Assembly (NCBI GenBank): GCA_963784355.1
Contig: CAWAQU010000012.1
Span: forward strand, 1-64,000
Direction: 5' to 3'
From: an uncultured bacterium
GTDB taxonomy: Bacteria > Patescibacteriota > JACMRA01
Length of the DNA stretch: 64,000 nt
Shown here in pieces: positions 30,668 to 39,416 of the stretch. How positions within the stretch are numbered: the first letter of the stretch is position 1; the number at the start of each line of letters is the position of its first letter. The notes beneath the pieces are model-generated. The model had not been told where the DNA came from and made no database searches. It worked only from the letters and a program-made list of their open reading frames with translations. Position numbers and translations under genes: made by a program.

Positions 30668-31146
30668 TGGCTGATTTTAATCTAATAAAATTAATACCTG
30701 CAACCTTCGAAGACATGAGGTTGTTATATGATATTACACAAATATCAATGGCACCCATGAGTCAAAATATAAACAAGCAAAAATATACTGAACAGCAAAA
30801 AGAACTCCATTATAAAAAATATATAATTGAATTTACACCTGAGCTTTCTAATACTTTTTTAATAAGCTGTGACTATAAAATAGTTGGAAGACTTAGAGTA
30901 ACAAAAAACCTAGACTCAGTACATTTAGGAGGGATTCAGCTATTACCTGATTATACTGGCCAAGGTATTGGAGGATTTATTTTAGATCAGCTTATTTCTG
31001 AAGCAAGGCAAGATAATCAAAATATTACTCTTTTGGTGCATAAAGTAAACCACAAAGCGATTAAATTTTATAAAAGTAGAGGTTTTGAAATACAAAAAGA
31101 AACAGAAAAGCAATTTGAAATGATTTTAAGATTTTTTCATAAATAA
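30668..31146 (+). CDS. GNAT family acetyltransferase
   Basis: IQLLPDYTGQGIG, LLVHKVN.KAIKFYKSRGF; ATG at 30668. Confidence 0.85.
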
Positions 31147-31209
31147 AAAGGCTTTGGCTTATCTAGAAATTTTATTTTTTCAATATTATAAAAGTAACAA
31201 TAACATTAT

Positions 31210-32004
31210 TTATGAAGTCTTGTCATAAGATTTGACTTCTATGCCCTCAAAATCTTTATCAAACAAAACATACACTAAATCTTTACCTTTGTAAGATCCC
31301 TTCATCGCTTTCCAATCAGCAATTTCATGCCCAATAACTCCGTCAAAACCAAAACTGTCTAAAAATTCAGAAAAATAATACATACCAAATTTATTTAACC
31401 AAGTTATATTGGTTAACGTTTGTCCATAGTTTATGCCAATTGTTAAATTAGATACGTTATTTGAGTCGAGAACTTTTAATAAATTTCGATTAAGAGTAAT
31501 AAGTGTCTTTACTGTATTAGCTAATTCTAAATGATTTACTCCATTCGGATTTATAGTTTGAGACTTGGCTTCTAAAAAAGTAATAAAATTGGTAGTTAAT
31601 AGCTTGAGTTCATCTAATATTTGTTTGGCAGATTCTACTTGGTTTGGATTTGATGAATTCGACATTACATTTAAGATAGTGCCGCTATTTTTCTCTTGGA
31701 AATAATAAGTCAGCCTTCTTAAATCAAAAAACTTTTTACCACGAATATCAATTATAAATAGTTGTCCACCTCTTTCTTTGGCATAATCTAAACCTGAATT
31801 TTCGGTGGTTGCATAAATACCGTTACCAAATACTTGATCACCATTTGTTGTCTTTTTTTCCTTAATTTCAGGATTGAAAGCAGAGTATAGCTTGGTATTT
31901 TTTAATTCTTTAATCCTGCTAGCATGATACACTTTTCCTTCATGTGGAGCTTTTTTGGATAATTTAGAAATGGATTTAGAATTGGCGGAGTATATGCTTT
32001 CCAT
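31210..32004 (-). CDS. Hypothetical protein with ADP-ribosyltransferase-like (ART-PolyVal-like) motifs
   Basis: VYHAS, FGNGIYATT....DYA, GFDGVI, YVLFD. Confidence 0.5.
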   Translation of the reverse strand: MESIYSANSKSISKLSKKAPHEGKVYHASRIKELKNTKLYSAFNPEIKEKKTTNGDQVFGNGIYATTENSGLDYAKERGGQLFIIDIRGKKFFDLRRLTYYFQEKNSGTILNVMSNSSNPNQVESAKQILDELKLLTTNFITFLEAKSQTINPNGVNHLELANTVKTLITLNRNLLKVLDSNNVSNLTIGINYGQTLTNITWLNKFGMYYFSEFLDSFGFDGVIGHEIADWKAMKGSYKGKDLVYVLFDKDFEGIEVKSYDKTS

Positions 32005-32126
32005 AGCGTAATTATGGCATAATTTAAATATAAGGTCAAAATCAGTAGGGAATTTAGCTATTTTGTAATAATGGTGCTCGTGTATTTTTGACTTTTTGCT
32101 GGCTTTGTAGTAATAATCTAACTTAG

Positions 32127-33518
32127 ATGATCATACAAAAGATAAAAGCGACATTTTTACATAGGCCCAATTTACAAGCCATATTTATTATTACTTTGGG
32201 TACTTTGTTATCCAGATTATTAGGTGCCTTGAGAACTTTGGTAGTAGGAAAATTACCAACTATTGAAGCAGATATTTATAACCTAGCCTTTATTTTACCG
32301 GATAATATCATCTCAATTTTTGTGATTGGCAGCATTACAGTAGCTATATTACCTAATATTATTAAACTACATTCAGAAAACAATCTAAAATCCTACGAGC
32401 AGCAAAACATCTATGTTAGTTGGTGTACTTTATTCTTATCTTCTTTCATTGCTTTTTTAAGCATTATTTTGATCACATTTACACCTCAAGTTTTAGGCTT
32501 TTTGAACCCCCAGGTTTTTAATAAATTAGTAAGTAGCGGCAAAGCAGAAGAGTTGGTTAGCCTGACCAGAATACTTCTTTGTACACCGTTGATTTTTGCT
32601 GTGAAAACTGTTTTTGGGGCTTTTTTAAATTCCATTAAATCTTTTGTAATATATTCTTTTGACGGGGTAATTTCAAATTTTGGTGTATTGTTCGGGTTGA
32701 TCGTATTGTATAGTTATTTTGGCCTCAACGGGGCAGGGTATGGGGTTGTTTTGGGCTTTTTACTGTCAACATTGCTATTTATATACGATTGCTGGAAACA
32801 TGGCTTTAAATTTAATCTAGGAAGCTTTGATGGTTTAAATGTATATTTGTTAGAAACATGGCAAAATTTTTGGCCTCGACTATTTATTATCTCAAATTTT
32901 CGAGTTACTCAGACCCTAATGACTTTAACTGCGGCTTCAATTGATGGTGAAATTAGTGCCTTGGTGATTGCTTTAAATTTGGAAAGCGTGTTTGTAGGCT
33001 TATTAATTGGGGTAGGGACTGTGTTTTTGCCTGATATTACTAAATTGTACATAGACAAACAAGATAAATTGTTCTGGCAGCATTTATGGAAGTATCTGAG
33101 GGCAAGTGCGATTTTTAGTACAATAGGGGGTATATTAACTATGCTTTCTCTGCCAATATTTTTCATGATAATAAATCAGTATAAAATCTTTGGTGCAGAT
33201 AGCTTTTTTGCTCAAGAAACCAATCAACAAAGAGTTCTTTTATTTACTTTTATCACGATTTTGAGTATTATTTTCCAAAGTACTGGGGATATTTTAAATA
33301 GATTATTTGCGGCAGTAAAAAACGTAAAAACCCCTCTAATTTCCTCTATAACAGGTAACTTAACAGCCATTATAATTGCATTTTTAGGTGTTAATTTATT
33401 TAAACTTAATCCCGGTATTGCTGTAGCTATTAGTTTTAGTATCAATAATGCAGTTTATACCAGTATAATGGGCATAAAAGTCTGGCATGATTGGAAAAAG
33501 AGTAAGTTGGTAGCTTAG
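32127..33518 (+). CDS. murJ: Lipid II flippase MurJ (MviN)
   Basis: TLLSRLLGALR, ADIYNLAFILPD, many TM helices, VKTPL. Confidence 0.85.
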   Translation: MIIQKIKATFLHRPNLQAIFIITLGTLLSRLLGALRTLVVGKLPTIEADIYNLAFILPDNIISIFVIGSITVAILPNIIKLHSENNLKSYEQQNIYVSWCTLFLSSFIAFLSIILITFTPQVLGFLNPQVFNKLVSSGKAEELVSLTRILLCTPLIFAVKTVFGAFLNSIKSFVIYSFDGVISNFGVLFGLIVLYSYFGLNGAGYGVVLGFLLSTLLFIYDCWKHGFKFNLGSFDGLNVYLLETWQNFWPRLFIISNFRVTQTLMTLTAASIDGEISALVIALNLESVFVGLLIGVGTVFLPDITKLYIDKQDKLFWQHLWKYLRASAIFSTIGGILTMLSLPIFFMIINQYKIFGADSFFAQETNQQRVLLFTFITILSIIFQSTGDILNRLFAAVKNVKTPLISSITGNLTAIIIAFLGVNLFKLNPGIAVAISFSINNAVYTSIMGIKVWHDWKKSKLVA

Positions 33519-33539
33519 TTTAAATCTATATTAGTAAAA

Positions 33540-34174
33540 CTAAAACATACCTTTAGAAATAGTGAATATAGCCATAGTTACAAGCAAAAATACAATTAAA
33601 ACCAAAAACCAGGAACATATTTTCACAAATATATTGTTACTTTTGTAAATCATTTTCAGTATTTTGATTAATAGCGAAAGTAATTCTGCTAACATATGTT
33701 GTAACATTTTTGGATAGGTTAAATTAAAATATAAATTTATTTGCAAGTTCTATAGACAATTTTGGCAATGCTACTGATTACTTTTTAATATTATTAAATT
33801 TATTTAGTACTGAATTTTCCTCGCTAATGGCTTTATTTATTTTGTTACAATCAAGATCTTTACTTATCAAACAATAAATCCATAATATTATTCTAACAAT
33901 CAACAGAATAATACTTAATGCAAACGGTACAAAAGTAATGAAAGTGATTATGTTTATAAAATTAAGACTATATTACAATAATTATTTGCTATACTTTCTT
34001 CATAAAAAAGCTGATTGTACGATAAAGACTAAGAAACGGGTAATTAATTTTAGCTTCATTGCTAATACCCCATGTTGGAACTGTAATCACAAAGGGTGAT
34101 AGAATCAATGCCAGAAGTATTATTTTGGTAAATTGTTTTAGGTACATAAAAAATATTTTTAAAAACCTAAGCAT
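33540..34174 (-). other. Cluster of short, partly frameshifted hydrophobic ORFs (33989-34174, ~33778-33970, 33540-33746)
   Basis: Hydrophobic open frames on the minus strand downstream of the shared operator/promoter; starts and joins uncertain. Confidence 0.35.
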
Positions 34175-34221
34175 TTGTACTAAAATCTAAACTAGTCTCT
34201 TCTTAAATACTTATAGCTGAT

Positions 34222-34348
34222 TGTCAAGAAATATAAAAGTAGCATTTTGTAAAAAACCTATATAATATAAGGCTGATTACACATAGCGTATTTTAACTTG
34301 CTTAAATTCAAATGTCCAAAAAGTAAAAATTGCTACAAATAAGTAGCA
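34222..34348 (-). promoter_or_regulatory. Putative operator palindrome (34331-34348) plus half-site/-35 element
   Basis: TGCTAC-AAATAA-GTAGCA; minus strand CAAAATGCTAC-11nt-TTGACA, same as 4390-4417. Confidence 0.6.
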
Positions 34349-34379
34349 GTGTAAATACGATAAAAATAAATTTTAGAAC

Positions 34380-35579
34380 CTAATTATTGGCTGCCTGACA
34401 GACTGTCAGCATATGAGATAAATTACTTGATGCTAAAGAGAATATAAGCTCCATTTTACAATACTCAAAATCTTCAAAAAGTCTCTGCTTTGATAGCATT
34501 TTATGATACCAAATGGCTATTGACTCATCTCTACTTAATTCAACTTCTTTTATAACTCCAGCAACTTTAAATTTTATTTTATAATCTTTATCAGGTAAAA
34601 AATATCCAATCCTGCTAGAATCCTGATCATTATATTTTCCGTAAAAATCACAATTTCCAATATCAACGCTTAATAATTTTGGAGTTAGAAAATGTGTAAG
34701 GTTTTTATTGGCTAATCTATCAAAATCAGTTTTTCGATTATTTTTATCAATCATACTGATATTTACAAAAATATCTTCGTTATCCAAAGAATATCTAATG
34801 TTGTTGTAAACTCTGATATGATTTTCAAAATTACCAATTGTGCCACCTAGAGCGAAAACGATATTTAGTGTATCAGCTGTCTTATTTTCAAAAAGTATGT
34901 CCATCAAAGTTTGATGCTCCAAATCCCTAATATATGATTTATACTCCACAGAATTACCAAACCATTTTTTGATGTTTTGTTCAGAAATTTGTAGCATGTC
35001 TTTACTTATATCGACAGCAATGTATTTACCAAGCTTGTTATCTTTTACAAATTGATTAAGTATTTCTTGAATTGGATAAGAGTTTCCTGGACCTAAATCT
35101 ATAATATTAATTTTTTTATAATTTGCTATTCTAGTATTTAAAAAACAGACTGTTGAGTCTAATAATTCTTTTGTAGCTTTTATTACAGGGTAAGTTCCAC
35201 TTTCTAAGCTCTTCACATAAAACTCATCCCACATTTTAGCTCCTTCACCCATGTAAGTAAACTTTAGATCAATTTTCTTTTGTACCTTCAATGAGTTAAT
35301 AATTTCAATTTGCTGCTCTTTACTAAAAATCTCGTAAAATTCCGATTTTGGTTCGATTTCAGCGTAGCTTGAGCTTGGTCTGTATTTGCTTCCTTCTTCT
35401 TTGAGTTTTAGCATTTCCGCATAGTTATGCTCATTTTTCAAAACATAAACTTTTTTGTCACGCTTATCAACTTGAAGATTGTTTCTGCCTTCTTCTGCAC
35501 CATCAATCCATCTAGTAATTGTTGTCTTAGAAACATTGAAAAGCTCAGCAATTTCGGTATAAGTTCTATAATAATTCAT
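34380..35579 (-). CDS. N-terminal HTH fused to EgtD-like SAM-dependent methyltransferase, copy 2
   Basis: EIAELFNVSKTTITRW HTH; LKFTYMGEGA..W, IIDLGPGNS, AVDISKDML, ALGGTIGNF; collinear with 6983-8194. Confidence 0.8.
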   Translation of the reverse strand: MNYYRTYTEIAELFNVSKTTITRWIDGAEEGRNNLQVDKRDKKVYVLKNEHNYAEMLKLKEEGSKYRPSSSYAEIEPKSEFYEIFSKEQQIEIINSLKVQKKIDLKFTYMGEGAKMWDEFYVKSLESGTYPVIKATKELLDSTVCFLNTRIANYKKINIIDLGPGNSYPIQEILNQFVKDNKLGKYIAVDISKDMLQISEQNIKKWFGNSVEYKSYIRDLEHQTLMDILFENKTADTLNIVFALGGTIGNFENHIRVYNNIRYSLDNEDIFVNISMIDKNNRKTDFDRLANKNLTHFLTPKLLSVDIGNCDFYGKYNDQDSSRIGYFLPDKDYKIKFKVAGVIKEVELSRDESIAIWYHKMLSKQRLFEDFEYCKMELIFSLASSNLSHMLTVCQAANN

Positions 35580-35673
35580 AATTCACAAAAATGGTAGTAA
35601 GTTTTTTCTTGACAAAACCGTGAAAATCTTGTAACACATTTATACTTTAATTTTTAATACAAATTTTTGATTT

Positions 35674-35844
35674 ATGACCTTAACAAGTAAAAATTCAAAT
35701 AAGACAAAAGGAAAAACCAATACAAAACTTAAAAGTTTATTAAAAGACTTTGAATTGGCTTATAAATTATCTCCTTCTTTAACATCAAGACAAGTACAAT
35801 TGCTACAAAAAAAATTCGAACAGATTATCCAAAATAAAAAATAA
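35674..35844 (+). CDS. Conserved 56-aa microprotein (paralog of 8303-8479), not in ORF track
   Basis: MTLTSKNSNKTKGKTNTKLKSLLKDFELAYKLSPSLTSRQVQLLQKKFEQIIQNKK. Confidence 0.65.
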   Translation: MTLTSKNSNKTKGKTNTKLKSLLKDFELAYKLSPSLTSRQVQLLQKKFEQIIQNKK

Positions 35845-35940
35845 TTTAAAACAACCATAATATAGAAAATGACTTATGTCAAAAGCCAAATAACTGCTTA
35901 TGTTTATTAAAAAGTTTACCCTTAAATAATAATATATTTT

Positions 35941-36165
35941 ATGTCTTTAAGAATCTCGGTTTTAACCCGGTTTGGATCTACTGTGCGAAAATATCGTCTT
36001 AAATTAGGTTTATCACAAGAAGAATTTGCTTTTGTTGTAGGATTACACCGCACATATGTAGGTGCTATTGAGAGAGGTGAGAGAAATATTACACTAAATA
36101 AAATGGTGCAAATAGCTAACGCTCTTAAAGTAAGACCGAGTGATTTATGCCAAGAGCTGGACTAG
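35941..36165 (+). CDS. XRE-family HTH regulator (controller-protein-like)
   Basis: LSQEEFA..VGLHRTYVGAIERGERNITL..MV.IANAL. Confidence 0.9.
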   Translation: MSLRISVLTRFGSTVRKYRLKLGLSQEEFAFVVGLHRTYVGAIERGERNITLNKMVQIANALKVRPSDLCQELD

Positions 36166-36181
36166 TAACTAATTACTTTGC

Positions 36182-37813
36182 CTACTTTTTAGAATTTTTT
36201 GGCTGCTGATTAACTATCTCAACTGCAGCAAACTTTTTCCTGGACTTGTAAATGATTAGGCCTGTTCCTAGAGTACCTATAATTGAAAGCAATATTGCAA
36301 TATTACCGCTTCCTCCACTTCTAACAGTGTTTTTTACAGGGGCATCACCCGTCACTACAAATGTACTTGAAACTGGAATAATTGATGAATAGTTATTGTT
36401 ACCAAGGTTTTCTACATTGGCTTCTACTCCCGGAGAGCTACAGCTATAGGCTTTGATATTTGTTAAATCCTTAGGTAATGCGAAGAATACCTTAATTTTA
36501 TCTACTTTACTCTTTTCAAATTCGTAATTAAAACTGATACCCAATTTTTGTGTACCGCTGACTTCAGTACATGAGCCAAAATCAGAAATCAGTTTATAAT
36601 TTAGTTTAGAATTGGTTATTTCACTTAAGGCTGATATTTCAAACTTGCTCACGCCGTCCAAAGGTGTATTTATAGTTTGCATAGCACCAGAGGTAATGTT
36701 AAGTGTGCTACTACCTGAAGTGACTTTGGTAATCACCGGAGCAGTTGATTTTGGTGCTACAGTTGAAACTGTTGATTTCGGCGGTGTTGAACTAATAGTA
36801 GATTTAGGGGGAGTAGTTATTGTTCCTGACCCAGTTGAGCTACCTGTACTGCTTGCACTACTTGATCCAGTTCCAGTTGAGGTTGTACTTCCTGTTGATG
36901 TAGAACTTGTTGAACCAGTTCCTGAAGTAGATGTAGATGGTGAAGTACTACCTGATCCAGAACCTGTGCTCGAAGTATTGCTATTCGATGTTGTACTACC
37001 AGTGCTACCAGAGGAAGATGAGCCTGTTGAACCCGTTGTACTACCTGACCCAGTTGAGCTACCTGTACTGCTTGCACTACTTGATCCAGTTCCAGTTGAG
37101 GTTGTACTTCCTGTTGATGTCGTTGATGTAGAACTTGTCGAACCAGTTCCTGAAGTAGATGATGAGTCAGTTGATGCACCAATTTTCAGAACAAAAACTT
37201 GCTTTCCCGGTCTGTTTGACTCTTGATAACTTGAAGAATTAGCTGCATCCGGGTCAAAAGTAATTGTAGCTTGTTGATTTTCACTAGCACCAGATTTAAC
37301 TTTCATTTGCACTCTAATACAACCTGTATTTTTCTCTCTAAGTCTTGCAGGTGATCCGTTACCGCTTGGGGATATGGGTTGATTAGCAGTTTGAAAACCA
37401 TATGTAAAATTATTGCCTGCAATCAAATTAGGGCTGATAGGGTATACAGGACCTAGATAAGTGGAGTTACAAGTTGCTACGTCAGGCGGATTTTCATTGT
37501 CACCTCTAAGTGGGGAACCATAATAAAAATCGGCAAAACCCCCCGGAGAAAATTCAAAACCCTCTCCTGAAATATTTACTGACGCTTGAGCATTTTGTAT
37601 ATCAGTATCTGAGTTAATACTCCCATAGGAAAAGTATAGGTAAAATGGGGTAGTACGGTTTTTAGGGATAGGATAAGCACTTCTATCAACAACCGTATCA
37701 TTTTGTCTAGCTTTGGCAAAGTTTGAATACAGTGTGGCAGCAAGTACTACTCCTACAATAAATAGGATAAGAACTTGTATTATATTTTTTCTAATCGTTG
37801 TCATATTTATCAT
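36182..37813 (-). CDS. Secreted surface protein with Ser/Thr/Gly-rich stalk and C-terminal TM anchor
   Basis: Signal peptide (AKA), S/T/G repeats, TVRSGG + TM + KSRKK. Confidence 0.8.
   Translation of the reverse strand: MINMTTIRKNIIQVLILFIVGVVLAATLYSNFAKARQNDTVVDRSAYPIPKNRTTPFYLYFSYGSINSDTDIQNAQASVNISGEGFEFSPGGFADFYYGSPLRGDNENPPDVATCNSTYLGPVYPISPNLIAGNNFTYGFQTANQPISPSGNGSPARLREKNTGCIRVQMKVKSGASENQQATITFDPDAANSSSYQESNRPGKQVFVLKIGASTDSSSTSGTGSTSSTSTTSTGSTTSTGTGSSSASSTGSSTGSGSTTGSTGSSSSGSTGSTTSNSNTSSTGSGSGSTSPSTSTSGTGSTSSTSTGSTTSTGTGSSSASSTGSSTGSGTITTPPKSTISSTPPKSTVSTVAPKSTAPVITKVTSGSSTLNITSGAMQTINTPLDGVSKFEISALSEITNSKLNYKLISDFGSCTEVSGTQKLGISFNYEFEKSKVDKIKVFFALPKDLTNIKAYSCSSPGVEANVENLGNNNYSSIIPVSSTFVVTGDAPVKNTVRSGGSGNIAILLSIIGTLGTGLIIYKSRKKFAAVEIVNQQPKNSKK
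36825..37161. repeat. Intragenic direct repeat (77 bp identical: 36825-36901 and 37044-37120, continuing after a 9-bp indel)
   Basis: Direct sequence comparison. Confidence 0.85.
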
Positions 37814-37824
37814 GTAATATTAAT

Positions 37825-39312
37825 TTAAATCCCCCCAATTTCCGGTGTTCCTCCTGATGATCCTACTGCACCTACTATCAATACTAAAGTATCTACATTA
37901 TAATAAGTAGAATTATTGCTTGTGACTTCAACTTTAACTCTGTAATAGTTGATAGTTTGGTCTGCTGCAGTAAAATCAGTTTGGCATTTTCCGTCCGTCA
38001 TTGTAGCTGTAAAAGTTTTTAATAAATTTTGTTGAGTCCCGGAATTACCGTATCTATATAACTTGAAAGTACAATTTCCTGTTGTTACAGCACCACCATT
38101 GGAAGACTGTACCTGATCGTATACTAAAGTTACTTTACCATCTTTATATTTTTGAGATTGCAAATAACTTGTGTTAAACTCTAGACTTGAGTCCCAGTTT
38201 GCACTAACTCCATCTTTTCCTATAAAATATAGTCTTCCACTTTTATTTGAAGTAGGCGTAGCTTGAGTCAGATTTATTGTTCCTTTCTGTGATGAGCTAA
38301 ATGCTGTAGAATTAAAGTCTTGTTTCAGACTTAGGAATATATTGTTTGAACCGACTACGGCCTGAGTAGTGGGTATATTTTGACACTGTAAGATAGTGTT
38401 ATTAACAATCTCACATGTAGATGAATTTGTACCTTCAAAACTAGCTCCGGTGTTGGCGTACACTCCTGGAGTAATGTAGTAATTACCGTTTGCTAGATTA
38501 AAGTCACAGCTAACTGTTTGGCCTATTGTACCAGGGTTACAAATAGCTGTTTGTATGTTATCTATAGCAAGAATTGTGGTTATTGGCAAATCGATACAGT
38601 TACCTGTGTTTTCCAAAGTTATATGAGTAGAGTTTGCTACTAGTACACAAATCTTTCTAGCCAGGCTGGGTTTACTACTGATTTCTAAATTAAATGGCGA
38701 TACTCCGGAATAGTGTTGATTTTGAGGCAAGTTGTTTGGATCTTGCAGCTTGTAATTTGAATCTGTTTCGGTATAGTAAAAATGAAGGTGATTTCCTGTT
38801 GAAAGCGCACCTGTAGCAAAATTGATCACGTACGAATCAGTATTTGTAGAAATGCCTCTAATTTGAGCAAAATTTTGTGGTAAGCTAAAGTTTGTGGGTA
38901 CTTCTCCTACAACCCCTCCAACTCTTAAGCTACCTACTTGGCTGCTAGTAAGTGCACAGTTTGGTATAGTTTGGTCTGCTGTAGGAATCCAAGTAACAGC
39001 ATTACCAGTATTTTGGATAGTTCCGGTAAGTGAATTTTCACAACCGCTAGGTACAAAAATTGCTTGAGTTCCATTTGCAATATCACTACCTGTTAGGATA
39101 ATATTTGGTAAATTTTGCCCAAGTACACCTGTGACTTGCTGTGGAGAACCAAAAGTAGTATTTGCTGCTTTAGCATTCTTAGTAGTTTGGAGAAAGAGAT
39201 ATCCTGATATAAAGAGTAATATGGATATCAAGACGCCTACTATCAAGAGTTGTAACTTAATATTAGCTTCGCCATTTCTATTTTTATAATCGCTTTGCAA
39301 ACTGTATTTCAT
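37825..39312 (-). CDS. Secreted/surface protein, Asn/Thr/Cys-rich beta-type domains
   Basis: N-terminal TM/signal ending AKAA, paired Cys, no recognised catalytic motif. Confidence 0.7.
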   Translation of the reverse strand: MKYSLQSDYKNRNGEANIKLQLLIVGVLISILLFISGYLFLQTTKNAKAANTTFGSPQQVTGVLGQNLPNIILTGSDIANGTQAIFVPSGCENSLTGTIQNTGNAVTWIPTADQTIPNCALTSSQVGSLRVGGVVGEVPTNFSLPQNFAQIRGISTNTDSYVINFATGALSTGNHLHFYYTETDSNYKLQDPNNLPQNQHYSGVSPFNLEISSKPSLARKICVLVANSTHITLENTGNCIDLPITTILAIDNIQTAICNPGTIGQTVSCDFNLANGNYYITPGVYANTGASFEGTNSSTCEIVNNTILQCQNIPTTQAVVGSNNIFLSLKQDFNSTAFSSSQKGTINLTQATPTSNKSGRLYFIGKDGVSANWDSSLEFNTSYLQSQKYKDGKVTLVYDQVQSSNGGAVTTGNCTFKLYRYGNSGTQQNLLKTFTATMTDGKCQTDFTAADQTINYYRVKVEVTSNNSTYYNVDTLVLIVGAVGSSGGTPEIGGI

Positions 39313-39416
39313 ATTTGTTTTTGTTTTTCGTAGTTCTTTATAGTCTAAGTATACACTAAGTTTTGATTAAATGCAAATTTCTTTACAGAACTCAATAAAT
39401 GGGGAATTATTAGTAC

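Noticed and set aside
34380-35579. Ergothioneine biosynthesis operon
   Set aside because: No egtB/egtC/egtE-like genes nearby, and the protein carries an extra N-terminal HTH
36612-37226. 204-aa V/E/P/L-rich ORF and other overlapping frames
   Set aside because: Shadow frames of the S/T/G repeat region of the surface-protein gene
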